The translations under genes were made by a program, and so were the position numbers. A stretch of 64,000 nt of DNA from Octopus sinensis (taxonomy: Eukaryota), in the NCBI RefSeq assembly GCF_006345805.1, contig NC_042998.1:50158001-50222000 (forward strand). The letters run 5' to 3'. Of this stretch, positions 39,010-52,793 are shown piece after piece. Below the pieces are notes generated by a model. That model was not told the origin of the DNA and ran no database searches. It saw only the letters and a program-made list of their open reading frames with translations. Every line of letters begins with the position of its first letter. The stretch's first letter is position 1.

Positions 39010-39548
39010 CATATGTTCAGCTTCGTTGAACATATATCGTGCAGTTTTCAATCTTTCTTGGAAACAACACTGATCAAAGAAGCGACTGTATGGTAGTGTT
39101 TCTATCATCACCTCAGTAATCAGAGAAAGAAAAACATGTTGTTATGCAGGACACTGCTGGAGAAGCAAAATGAAATATCTAGCTATCTAAGTTTCTGGAA
39201 AACTATGCATGGACATACACGGGTATCGGAAGACCAAGTAGAGCATATACGGGTCAGCTTGAAATATTGGTTGAATATATGGAAACTGCTATGGCAGATC
39301 AGGACATCTGATGTTTAAGAGTTACTCTGTCTGTGTGTGTTTGTGTCTTTGTATGTATTCGTCCCCCACCGCCATTTGACAACCCGCGTATTTAATATCC
39401 CCGTGACTTAGTAGTTCGGCTAAAGAGTTTGATAACATAATTACCAGGCTTAATACTTGTTTACATTCAGCTGACAGAAACCAGTATAAGAATAAAACAA
39501 TGTGTAGTGAATTATCCGCATTAAAAATGAAATCCAAGCGTGCCCAAA

Positions 39549-39946
39549 ATAATCCTTTCTGCTCAAAGCACAAGGCCTGAAATTTTGAGGGAGGGGGTCA
39601 GTTGATTAGATCGACCCCAGTGCATAACTGGTACTTAATTTATCGACCCCGAAAGGATGAAAGGCAAAGTCGGCGGATTTAGAACTCAGAATGTAAAGAC
39701 AAACTAAATAACTATTTCTTTACTACCCACAAGGGGCTAAACATAGCGGGGACAAACAAGGACAGACATAGGTATTAAGTCGATTACATCGACCCCAGTG
39801 CGTAACTGGTAGTCAATTTATCGACGCCGAAAGGATGAAAGGCAAAGTCGACCTCGGCGGAATTTGAACTCAGAACGTAGCGGCAGACGAAATACCACTA
39901 AGCATTTTGTCCGGTGTGCTAACGTTTCTACAAGCTCGACGCCTTC
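39549..39946 (-). mobile_element. SINE family B composite (B2 unit joined to a B1 remainder)
   Basis: Junction at 39712/39713 is at the same site as 12593/12594, 21242 and 21426. Confidence 0.88.
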
Positions 39947-40619
39947 TAAGTGTGTCCAAAGTAATGTCTTTCTCTGAGGCGGTAGCATAATCATAGCGCC
40001 AGGCAAAATGCTTAGCAACGTTTCTTTCGGTTCTTCAAATTTCGAATTCAAATTCCGCCGAAGTACACTATGTATCTCACCGTTTCCAGGTTAATAAAAT
40101 ATGTAACACTTGAGCATTGGGATCCATCTAATCGATTAACAAACCACTATTCTAAAATTTCAGACCCTTGTGAATTATAGTAGAAAGAAAAAGGAAATGT
40201 TTCTCCACTCCAAAGTTATTGCTGAACACGAAATCGTATTAAAGAAAAAAATAAATAAAAACTACAACATTACAGGAGATAAAAAAACATACCCAGGTAA
40301 GCCCTATAAAACAAAGACCTTGCACATAATCGAAGTGAGCTACAAAATGAGATTTTCATTCAGCTTAGGATTTTGTTACCAGAAAATATTTGCGACAGTA
40401 TTATTCGAACGGTAGCGTTTGTAAAGAAAAGAAAGTGCTTTGCCAGTGTTATGCGTGGATCAATAGTAGCTATAGGTTTTCATTAAAAATATTTCATTCT
40501 CCAAAATATTGCATTATCAACTCAGATGTTATAACCCTATCGCGATAGAACCCTCTCCTCTCTTTCTTTTTCTCTCTTCTTTCTTCAACTCATTCCCTTT
40601 CTGTCATCATGTGTGCAAG

Positions 40620-40670
40620 CATATATATATATATAATATATATATAATATATATATATATGCTCGCACAC

Positions 40671-40705
<35 letters not shown>

Positions 40706-41809
40706 TACATATATAATATATATATATATACGTGTACATATATATATATAATATATATACGTATATGTTGTATATATATATCATACATAATATATACATA
40801 TATATATATTCATGTATCTGTGTTTGTATATGTATGTGTGTGTGTGACTGTATTTAATATATATATATATATACGAGTCTGTATATTTATAAACATGTAC
40901 ATATTTTAGACATATGTATATACATATACAAATATATATATAAATAGATACAAACGCACACACACACATATATATATAAATACATATATATATATGAGTA
41001 CATATATATATATATATAATACATATGTATATATATATATACACATATGTATATATTATATATACACTATGTATATATATATATATATACACATATATGT
41101 ATATATATATATACACATATGTATATATATATATATATACACTATGTATATATAATATATACTCACATTATATATATTATAATACACATATGTATATATA
41201 TATATATCCACATATGTATATATATATATATACACATATGTATATATATATATATACACATATGTTATATATATATATACACATAGTATATATTATATAT
41301 ACATATGTATAATATATATATATACATATGTATATATATATATATACATATGTATATATATATATACATATGTATAATATATATATATACATATGTATAT
41401 ATATATATATACATATGTATATATATATATATACATATGTATATATATATATACATATGTATATATATAAGATATATATACACATATATTATATACATAA
41501 TATATATACTATATATATACATATGTATAACATATGTAATATATATGTATATATATATATATACATATATACAATATATATAGATATATATCCATATATC
41601 ATATATATGAATACATAATATATATAAACTATATGAATACACACATATATATATATATAATATTATACATATATATATATAAAATATATAGATATACTAT
41701 ACACACACACACACAGACATATACACACATAGAGAGAGAAGACGGGAAAATAGCAGGCTGAATGATATATGAAGAAACGTTAGTGTATATACGTGTATCT
41801 CCACACACA

Positions 41810-41854
<45 letters not shown>

Positions 41855-42091
41855 TGTATGCAATATATATATATATGCTTATATATAAATATATATACAT
41901 ATTTATGTATATTTATTCATACATACACACACACATACACATATATATATATACATACACATATATATATATAAATATATGTACACATATATATAAATAT
42001 ATCTACATATATATAATATATATATTTATTTATACCTACAATACTTCATATACATCCATCCACCCATACATACATATATATTTAACAACAT

Positions 42092-42142
<51 letters not shown>

Positions 42143-42150
42143 GATATACA
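40620..42150. repeat. Large (TA)-based compound satellite (TATATATATATATACACATATG-type units)
   Basis: Direct reading. Confidence 0.9.
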
Positions 42151-42783
42151 TGCATGCATATAGACATCGATTATCCTTCAAACATGTAGAAAGGGCGCCA
42201 TTTTCTTCAGTGTATACGTTTTATATTCTTTTTATAATGAATTGCTTTTTAGAAACGTCTTTCTATATGTGTAATTATATACGTGTACATATGTATCCTT
42301 GGGTGTATGTAAGAATGCATGAATATTCGTATGTATATATATAATATATATATATATATATTTGTAAGCATGTATATGTGTATGTATACATGCATTTATG
42401 TTTGCGCTTATGTATATGTACATATATACATATATGTATATAAGTGGTTGCTGGTTGGTACACGAACTCTTTGTATTAATGGCTTCCAAATTTGCTTATA
42501 TTTCATCGATTTATTTTCCAGTCTAAAGATTGGAAGCCAATTGTGACATGACGAGACCAACTATGTCAGAAAGTGTAGTAACAACAACAACAACGAAGAT
42601 AACAGCAAAAATAACAGCACTTTTATGTATAATAGCAACAAAACAAATCATGCTTGATAGTTATAATATTAAGTTGATGTTCTTTTTATTTTCTGCTGTT
42701 CTGACTTTGAAGATATCAGAAAGCAGAGCATATGTTAAGGTCCAATTGTTAGAGAGTGACATACTCAAGGATCACTGAAATAT

Positions 42784-42998
42784 GCTATTCTACACTAGGC
42801 ACAAAGCCCGAAATTTTGGGTGAGGGGGCCAGTAGATTAGATCGCCCCCAGTACGCAACTGATACTTAATTTATCGACCATGAAAGGATGAAAGGCAAAG
42901 TCGACTTCGGCAGAATTTGAACTCAGAATATAAAGACAGACAAAAAATCGTTAAGCATTTCGTCCGGCGTGCTAACATTTCCGCCAGCTCGCCGCCCT
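42784..42998 (-). mobile_element. SINE family B (B1 tail), full length, 13-bp TSD
   Basis: ATCACTGAAATAT at 42771-42783 and 42999-43011. Confidence 0.9.
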
Positions 42999-43047
42999 AT
43001 CACTGAAATATTCTGAACAACAACACATCATGTATGTTGAACATGCG

Positions 43048-43081
<34 letters not shown>

Positions 43082-43162
43082 CATACATATATACATAAAT
43101 GCATACTTACATACATACTTGCATACATACATACATACATACATACATACATACATACATAC

Positions 43163-43520
43163 ATGTTCAGTCCCTTTTCCTAATACCTTGGGCAAGTGTC
43201 TTCTACTATAGCCTCCGGCCGACGAAAAGCTTGTGTGTGGATATGGTTGACGGAAACTGAAAGAATCCCATCGTATATAAATACGTGTGTTTATGTGTGT
43301 GTGTGTGTGTTTCTCCTTTACCACTTGACAACCGGTAAAAATGTGTTTGCATTTCCGTAACTTAGAGGCTCGGTAACAGAGAACCTATAGAATAAGTACT
43401 AGACTTTAAAAAAAGTTAAGTTCCAGAGGCGATTTGTTCAACTAAAACCCTTCAAAGTGGTGCTGCAGCATGGCCGCAGTCAAATGACTGAAGTAAGTAG
43501 AAGAGTGAAAGAGTAAAAGA
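43163..43520 (+). mobile_element. SINE family A
   Basis: ACCTTGGGCAAGTGTCTTCTACTATAGCC...GCAGCATGGCCGCAGTCAAATGACTGAAG. Confidence 0.82.
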
Positions 43521-43534
43521 ATACATACATACCT

Positions 43535-43583
<49 letters not shown>

Positions 43584-43592
43584 TATATATAT

Positions 43593-43623
<31 letters not shown>

Positions 43624-43740
43624 CACACACACACACATATATATACATACACCACACACACATTTGTACACACACCACACACACACACACACACACGTAT
43701 ATATATATACACACAAGTGAGTAGATAAACTAAAGAAGGA

Positions 43741-43868
43741 CACTCAAGTTGTTTATTGGGAGTTACAGTTATAAGTCAAAACAGTTTGATTCAAATTCTT
43801 TGGTACTCTGAGTTTCAAGCGTGACACCAATCTTTGGCCATTTGAGTTTGAATCAAGCTGTTTTGATT
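43741..43868 (-). mobile_element. Dispersed repeat with a hammerhead-like motif (same family as 63043-63215)
   Basis: Shares TTTATTGGGAGTTACA and TTGGTACTCTGAGTTTCAAG with the 63 kb copy; internal 19-bp inverted repeat TCAAAACAGTTTGATTCAA / TTGAATCAAGCTGTTTTGA. Confidence 0.7.
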
Positions 43869-44386
43869 CATCCATCCATCCATCATCCATCCATACATAC
43901 ATACATACATAGTATGTACGTGTATGTGTGCGTGTGTCTTTAAGTGTTCAGATAAGGTTTTATGCTTCAGTTGGCGTGTGATGTATAACAAAGACAACGA
44001 CACTGCTCGTACACAACAACAAAAAAAAAGAATAACCTTAACGATAAAAAAATCACCAACAGAAATCAATGACAACAAATTACGTATGATAGTTCGTATA
44101 TCTTGTTATTCTTCGTCGGTTTGTTCACTTCTATCGTAATGGTATGTACAGACATCTAACGAACAGCCATCAAGCTGTAATAACTATACGGTTCTCAGAA
44201 ACTAGGTATCATCTTTGGCTGTCCAGACGGAGGAATGGTTGTGTGATTAGAAAGCCCGATTATTAGACTGGAGTTTCTGCTGCGCTGCGCGGTAGATTGG
44301 TTGAATAATTTTCATAATTACATTGAATTTACAAAATACCATGCAATATGCGTGATAAAATGTGACACGGAAGCTGTGTAGAAGCT

Positions 44387-44423
<37 letters not shown>

Positions 44424-45586
44424 TTTTCATCGAAAACATTGTCTTAGGGACAACTTTTAAGCCTTGATACTTATTCCATCGGTCACTTTTGTGCGAAATC
44501 ATTGTTACAGGGACGTAAACAAACGGAAACCGGTGGTCTCTCAATGGTGAGGACAAATATAAGCACAAAGACACACCAATAGATATATGCTTATTCATAA
44601 ACATAATACGTATTTATAAACATAATACGTATATATACATACACATGAATATTCTCAAAGTTTTTATTCTGCGATTTTAATTTTTCTTATGGTATTTTAT
44701 AGTATTTTATTTTTAATTGAACAGAATATGCGAAAGGTGTGTTGTTGTTAATATTTAAATGCTTATGCTCGATATGCAACAAGTAGGACCGCAGTCATTT
44801 TTACATACGGATAAATCATGACGAAATATGCCTAGTTTTAATGAGTGAAGCATTCATAAAATAGACACGTATGAAGATTATATTCCTGGTTAATGATGAG
44901 GCTCAAAACCAAATGCAGCAGGTTGATCTTGAAAACGCTAGCGATTGTTTATCTCCCTATTAATTACTATAACAATTTGTAAACGAAAGGGCGGAATAAG
45001 AAAACAAACAAAATATATGTTCAAATAAATATATGTATTATATGGTAATAATAATTACAGTAAAATGAGATGGTTGTCAAGAAAAAAAAGATGGAAAAAT
45101 TACACACATGCGCGTGTACATCCTAATATATGTGTTTGTGTGTATGTGTACGTGTATATACTACCTATAATATTTGTAAACAAACCAGATGGCTTTGTAA
45201 TTTACAAAGATGGAGCAACTATGAAAGTCTATTAACACAATAATAACTATATAGTCATATGATACATTATTATATAGTTTTCATAGTACTAATATTCTTC
45301 CATTATCGCTCTCCGTAGCTTACAAAGACTTCTGGGTTGTTTACAAATATTATATGTAGTATTGGATAGTTAAAGTATATGTTCATAAAATTTGGCTGAA
45401 ATTGATGGGTGAACGTTTGGCCAAATCGGATGCACAAGTACCCCTTTTAGCGTTGATTTGTGGGTTCGATTCTGGCCTAGATTAACTCATCATTTTTCAG
45501 TCAATTATCACTTTAAATCGGTGTATATATTATTATGATATATTATTATATAGTTATTTTATTATATATATATATATATAATATAT

Positions 45587-45633
<47 letters not shown>

Positions 45634-46049
45634 CACACATACAAAAAGCTCTGTGTCTGTGCATGCCTATATATACGTATATATATATATATATACATAT
45701 ATCTATATCTCTAGATCTAAATATTATACGTGCGATAAAGCGTACACAAATTTCGCTTCTATAGAACAAAATTAACACGTGATTACTGACGTGGAAAGAA
45801 ATATTTGACAGTAAATTCTACATATTAATAAACTCGACTACGAGAAGAGAGGCAATTCATAAGACGAATACATTTGATATCCTGATAAGATTGTGAAAAT
45901 GTAGGACCGTTGATCATGGATCTCTGAGCAACATTGTTCTCAACACACTGTGAAAGTATATAACTGAAGCTGAAAAATTCTTGATAAGGATAGAACTACA
46001 CATGTATAGAAAAGGAAAACAGAAAACGAAAATCGGTATTAATGGATTT

Positions 46050-46450
46050 ACTCTTTTACTCTTTACTCTTTTACTTACTTCAGTCATTTGACTGTGGCCA
46101 TGCTGGAGCATGCCTTTAGTCGAGCAAATCGACCCAAGGACTTATTCTTTGTAAGCCTAGTACTTATTCTATCGGTCTCCTTTGCCGAACCGCTAAGTTA
46201 CGTGAACGTTATCACACCAGCATCGGTTGTCAAGCGATGTTGGGGGGGGGACACAGACACACAAACATATACACACATACATATATATATATATACATAT
46301 GTACGACGGGCTTCTTACACTTTCCCTCCACCAAATCCACTCACAAGGCTATAGTAGGAGACACTTGCGCAACGTGCCACTCAGTGGGACTGAACCCAGA
46401 ACCATGTGGTTCGTAAGCAAGCTACTTACCACACAGCCACTCCTACGCCT
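46050..46450 (-). mobile_element. SINE family A, full length, little diverged
   Basis: Complete head (AGGCGTAGGAGTGGCTGTGTGGTAAG...GGTTCAGTCCC) to tail, with (AGTAAAAG)-type 3' repeats. Confidence 0.9.
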
Positions 46451-46845
46451 ATAATTATATAATTCGCTCGTTTTTCATAAGACAAGCAAACATCAACTCT
46501 ATGAGCATAAAACTCAGTCACGTGAATAGGTGTCCTCGACACTTTTCATCTCCATTACTCGGCTTAAGTGCTGGACGAAGAAACATAGTAGCCCTTACGT
46601 ACATTAGTATGAAAAGAAAACGAGGCTCTCAGAAAGAAAACGAGGCTCTCAGGGCCATGCCTCACACAGTGCTTGTCTTATTATTATCAGTACCACCAGT
46701 ACTCGTGTATATTTCACGGTAAATAGGAAAGTTTTTAGATGGTTGCACATATTAACATACCTCGCACACTCCTTTACACACGCTCATAGATAATTGTTGT
46801 CTTTTTTGGGTATGTATTACATTTGTGTGCGCTAGTAGCGTTCGC

Positions 46846-46899
<54 letters not shown>

Positions 46900-47959
46900 G
46901 TTAGCAGCGTTAGTCGGAATCTCACGCACAAACATGAACATTACGACGTGACAGATTTTTCACCACAGAAATTTACTGTTGGCATATTAATACGATACTT
47001 GTCGTACCCGTAGAAATTCTGTGGTAAATACGAAATGTTTTAGATGGCTGGAAGTTTATACATAACCATAAAAATTATTATTTCTATTGAAATTGTATAT
47101 TCAGCATTATTCCCATTTACAAAAATAAACTTCCATTTCTTCTGGATAAGGCTGTAATTGACGGAGCATGACTTTCCTATTCCCTCAGCAGATCGGAGGT
47201 TCATTTATAAATCAAGAACTTCACAATGATTACAGAGACTATGCATGCCACTAATGTAACTTCCAACCATGTATTTACATTTTTTTTTCTTTTGACGTTC
47301 TCTCTCATTTTCATTTTCTATTCTATCTTGAACACGTTCTTTTATCTGTTGAAAATACTCACTATATTCTCTTTGATTCATATTTTCCCTTCTACACTGC
47401 TGTCTCCTGTGATTATTCTAGTGAATCAGCCCTCTGCTTCTCTTTACGTCATTCCTTATACAGTCTCATTCTTTCACTTCTTAACTTACATAGTCTGTCA
47501 TCCATATTTTATAAACGAATATCAATTTTCAAGCGAGCAGACGATAAATAATTGCACTTATGAGCATGTGTTAAGTGATGGGTGATATAAAAAAAATTGG
47601 GGTAAAAAAAATCACACTTTCCATTATTCACTAACCACCACCACTATAGTTTTTAGTAACAAAACTCAGTATATGTTGTTTGCGAAGTAAGATTATTTTC
47701 ATTTCATTTCAGTTCAGTTCAACTGTTTGTTTACATCTTGTCCTTGCTGTCGATGTATATATCTACTCTTTTTTTATCTACACCGACAATACAAAGTTCG
47801 AATACCAAATTAAAAAAAAAAAGACTTACAGCATTTACGGTAGTTTTGCTAAATTATTTCACTTTCATGGAAAAATCTAATTTTCTATCTATGTTAAGTT
47901 CATTATTATACCTAATATAACCTTTCTTTCCACCGTTCATCCATTGATGTATTTGTCAA

Positions 47960-47991
47960 TGTGGATATATATATATATATATATATATTAT

Positions 47992-48022
<31 letters not shown>

Positions 48023-48043
48023 CATATATATATATACATATAA

Positions 48044-48074
<31 letters not shown>

Positions 48075-48089
48075 TATACACACACATAA

Positions 48090-48120
<31 letters not shown>

Positions 48121-48197
48121 TATACACATATAAACATATATACATACATACATATATATATACACATATAAACATACATACATATATATATATACAC

Positions 48198-48228
<31 letters not shown>

Positions 48229-48413
48229 CACATATAAACATACATACATATATATATACACATATAAACATACATACATATATATATATACACATATAAA
48301 CATACATACATACATACATATATATATATACACATAAACATACATACATACATATATATATATACACATATAAACATACATACATACATATATATATATA
48401 TATACACATAAAC

Positions 48414-48444
<31 letters not shown>

Positions 48445-48557
48445 ACACATAAACATACATATATATATATATATATATACACATATAAACATAACATACA
48501 TACATATATTATATATACATATAACATACATACATACATACATATATATACATATAA

Positions 48558-48592
<35 letters not shown>

Positions 48593-48655
48593 TATATATA
48601 CACATATAAACATAACATACATACATACATATATTATATATATATACACATAAAC

Positions 48656-48733
<78 letters not shown>

Positions 48734-48773
48734 TATTATATATATATATACAGACGGACAGACAGACAGACAA

Positions 48774-48834
<61 letters not shown>

Positions 48835-48840
48835 AGATAG
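47960..48840. repeat. Compound minisatellite (~30-bp CATATATATATATACACATATAAACATACATA units) plus (TA)n and (GATA)n
   Basis: Direct reading; source of ORFs at 47944-48863. Confidence 0.9.
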
Positions 48841-49351
48841 AATTTTATTTTCTTGTCAGTCAAAATAATATGCGATGTTTAAAATGACTATCTGCTAAAA
48901 CTTTATATCGCTTTTTAAAAAATCTCTGCCTCTAACTTTAACAAACTTTTTAATCATGTAATTTCCATTTCCATGCCGTTGATCATTTCTCTCTTTCTCT
49001 TTACTTCTCAGCTCCACTAACCAATTGACAGCGTAATGCATCGTATGGCATAGCGTCACTACTCTCGCTTAAATTTGTCTCTGACTTTGAATATAACTGT
49101 CCTCCATTCTCTTTGTATCTGGATCGCTTTAGCCTCACCACTGGAATATCCAGCTTCTGCTAAGTATTGTATTTCTATATACGTCTTCCTTCAACTAAAT
49201 TTTTTTAACCATGTAATAACTATTACGTTCCCCTACCACATATCGTTAACATTTCTCTCTCCCTGTTTTTCTCTCATTTTTCGATTGTCCCTTCAGCTAA
49301 CCATGTAACAGAGTAAAATATTTAGCCTTAGCGTATCAATATGTAGATTAT

Positions 49352-49575
49352 TAAGGCAGCTAGCCGACAGAATAGTAAACGCGCCGGACAAAATTCTTAG
49401 CGTCATTTCGTCCGTCTTTCTGAGATTTGTGTGCCAACGAGGTCAACTTTGCTTTTTATCCTTTCGAAGATCGATAAAATTAGTATCAGTTGAGCACTGG
49501 GACCGATGTAATCGAATTAGGGTTCTTCCTTCAGAATTTCAGGCATTATGCTTATAGTAGAAAGGATTATAATGG
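49352..49575 (+). mobile_element. SINE family B (B1 tail), diverged, ending in (ATT)n
   Basis: AAGGCAGCTAGCCGACAG head...GAGGTCAACTTTGC...AGTAGAAAGGATTAT. Confidence 0.7.
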
Positions 49576-49627
49576 ATTATTATTATTATTATTACTATTA
49601 TTATTATTATTAATAATAATAATAATC

Positions 49628-51653
49628 AATTCTTTTTTATTGGCCACAAGGGCTGACACGCATGATTACATAAAGGGACAAGACAGGACGAAAGGTTACA
49701 AAGGGTTTTGTCCGTTTGTTAAAAAAATCCGTGTAAAAATACATTAACAATAATTATAATAAAACAATGAAAAACTCCCAAAAGGGGGAGACGTTTCGAA
49801 GGTTCCTGGTGGAAAAACCCTACAAAAGCCAACGGGAGCCTGGTCAAAAAGGGGTGTAGAGAGTCCCCTTTTTTTTCCTTTTGTATTACCTTTTTGAAAT
49901 CACAGGCGAAACCTGAGAACTGGTCCATTTATACAGGCCAGTCTCACACAATTCACCCACCTTTCATAAAACTTGCTATCGGACAGCACTTTCCTCTCTA
50001 ACCTCATCTTCCTTTTCAAGTGAAACTTGAAAAAGTTGATGAGGCCTTGACCAAAGAGGAAAGTGTCTGTCTTTAGCCCTTTCAAACCAGTCCACCACAC
50101 CACCTCTTTCGCCACAGCCACTAGGCACAAGAAAACGGCCTCGCCCTCCTTGTTAAAGGAGGTCGGCGGGGCAATCTTCACTATGGATTCGGCCGATAGT
50201 CGGATCCGTTCTACACGTGACAGTAGCTGTTCGACATAAGCCCATATTTCAGCAATACTCGGGCACTGAACGAGTGCGTGCAGAACGGTTTCGTCGTCCT
50301 GGCAACACCTCGGGCAGGCCCGGCTGACGGCACTTCCGTGCCGGTAGAGTTTATCTCGAACAGGCAGAGCCCCTCGGTAGCACTGCCAGGCGAGAGACCT
50401 CTGGAAATTGTCCATCGGCCCCGGCCCGAAAGTCCTCCCGAACAGACCGCACAGTTCGTCATCTTCAACGCCTAGAGTTTCCCCGAGAACGTCGTCGCAT
50501 TTTTCCTCCACTAACCCTCTATAGAACGCTAGAGTGGAGCTGTAACCGATCGCATTGCCCGCCTGACGGAGGGCGGAGAGAGCTTGACGGCACTCGAGGT
50601 GCCAAGCGCCCTTTCTCGGTCTACGTTTGATCCAGGTCTGCAGTTCCGTCAAAGAGACGAGCTGCGGAAAATCGCGTCTGACAAAAGACGACCACACCTG
50701 TTCACCGTCTAGGAAGCACTTGAGATGCCGCAGCCTGAGCGCATGTCTGCGCAACAGCAACCACGGCATTCCAAGGCCTCCGTTCAGCGGTCGTTGACAG
50801 CAGATGGATCGCCTGACCAGTGGCACCTGACCCTTCCACAAAAAGTCGAAGAGCAGGCGTACCAGCTTGGCCAACCAGCGGTCGGGACAAGGGACGACGG
50901 TCAAGCGGTAATAGATGACGGATGCGATGTACGCATTCGCCACCTCCGGCCGACCTTTCAGGGACAGCTTCCTCTCGGCCCATTTCTGGGTGAGACGTGC
51001 CACCCTGCTCGTCACCTCTTCCTAGTTCTTATCCACCTGGAGGTCCGGACCGAACCAGACCCTGAGCAGTTTAACGGGTCCGTCTGTCCAGCGCCCTACG
51101 ACACTGTTGGACGGCATGGGCTTGCCTCTCCAGTGCCCAGTTGCAAGCCCACAGATTTTTCCGCGTTAATCTTTGCCCCTGTCACCGCTTCGTACTGGTT
51201 TAGCGTCTCGCCAATCAGGCCAATGTGCCTGTGGCTCGACACCACCACGGTGACGTCGTCGGCATAAGCAGACACGCTGTTTCCGCCTCCTAGATCGCGC
51301 GGGATACCCCTCAAAGCCTCCAACTTGCGCAGTAATGGCTCGAGAGTCAAAATGTACAAGAGGGAGGAGAGAGGGCATCCTTGGCGGACCGAACGCGAGA
51401 TGTCGAACGGTTCCGAAAGGTGACCGTTCACCCGTATCACCGAGCAGATGTTGCTGTATAAAGCAGCTATCCACCCGCGGAAGACTGGACCGAAGCCGGC
51501 TGCCTTGAGGACAGCTGCCAGGTACCGATGGTCGACCCTATCGAAGGCTTTACTCTGATCCAAGTTGATCAAAGCCCCACCCGCGCCAGCGTCGTTACCC
51601 GCCCTCTCTATGATGTAGCGCATGAGATGGAGGTTGTCGTGTATCTTCAACTC
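49628..51653 (-). mobile_element. 5'-truncated Tx1/L1-clade non-LTR retrotransposon
   Basis: GC-rich RT ORF, ~270-bp 3'UTR with AATAAA, (ATT)n tail. Confidence 0.92.
49900..51650 (-). pseudogene. Tx1/L1-type ORF2: reverse transcriptase plus C-terminal CCHC finger
   Basis: LDQSKAFDRVDH, SVRQGCPLS, AYADDV, GGLGMP, CPRC...ETVLHALVQC; 1-bp frameshift near 51134 and TAG at 51022-51024. Confidence 0.95.
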
Positions 51654-51883
51654 TGCATAATAATAATAATAGCAATAACAACAATAATAATATCAACAAT
51701 AACAACAAAGAAGCCGACGATAATGATGATGACGACGATAATTCTGCAAGATGATAGGATAATGGAAGGAGAAGTACGAGAGAAAGTTTCTAAAAAGTAC
51801 AAGAGGAGAATTATGAAGATACTCTAAACAAAATGAAATGGAAGGAACATAATTAGAATCATTGGTAACAGGCTCCTTTGTTG

Positions 51884-52275
51884 GAGCCTGTTACCAATGA
51901 TGCCTCTACACAATATTCATGAAGTCTTTGCGCTTTCATGCGAGTTCCATTACATAATCCTTGACTGATCGAAAGATTTCTTCGAAGCATTACAATAGCC
52001 TCTACTTTTAAGTTGAGGCGATGAGGAGGTATACCGGATGGAGTGAGTGAGTTTATGAATTCAAATGGATAGTTCTGAACCTCTTCTTCATTATAGCAGG
52101 ATACTGAATCTGTGTTTAAGTACGCTTTAAGTGCCTCTGGTATAATATTAAGAGCTTTTTCTTTTATTGCAAAGTAATCAGAATTTTTAGGAAATAAAGT
52201 TACTCGTTTTTCCATTTTTTCCTGGCATGCTGTTGTTGAAAATTTCTGGGCACAAATGTACAAATTGAAATACAA
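51884..52275 (-). pseudogene. Helitron RepHel PIF1-type helicase fragment
   Basis: EFINSLTPSGIPPHRLNLKVEAIVMLRRNLSISQGLCNGTR is the PIF1-family motif typical of Helitrons. Confidence 0.9.
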
Positions 52276-52410
52276 AATAACGAAATAAAAAATGGATTTA
52301 GGAATGAAAGTTTGGTAATTGCGTTTATTTCCACCACGCGATACTTATTATTGCAAATAAGTTTTAACTAACCATACTGTACACAACACACACACACACA
52401 CACAAATACA

Positions 52411-52464
<54 letters not shown>

Positions 52465-52793
52465 TCGTGTTGTAGCTATAATTCGAAGGGGACAACCATG
52501 TCATATTCTGTGTGAGGCTGAATCTCCCTGAGAACTACGTTAATGTTAGACATGTGTGTGGAGTACTCAGCCACTTGTGAGTTAATTTTATCCTCGTGTG
52601 GTAATGAATAGTGAAACTGACAGCCAATATTTGCTGTGTCTATGTATCTATGAACTATTCGTTGGATTTATGTATCTACTGTCTCTCTCACTTTCTTTCT
52701 CTTTCACTTCCTTTGTGTCCCTCTTCTCTCTCGCTTTTGATTTAACAATGTTAATATGCATCTATGAATCTACTTCTCTTGCGATGTGATAAA

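Noticed and set aside
46613-46652. Exact 20-bp tandem duplication AAAGAAAACGAGGCTCTCAG
   Set aside because: Ordinary slippage or repair duplication with no further structure
50211-51827. Overlapping ORFs 50211-50468, 50278-50475, 50702-50983, 50725-51267, 51166-51474 and 51528-51827
   Set aside because: Shadow frames of the GC-rich Tx1 RT sequence with no independent motifs
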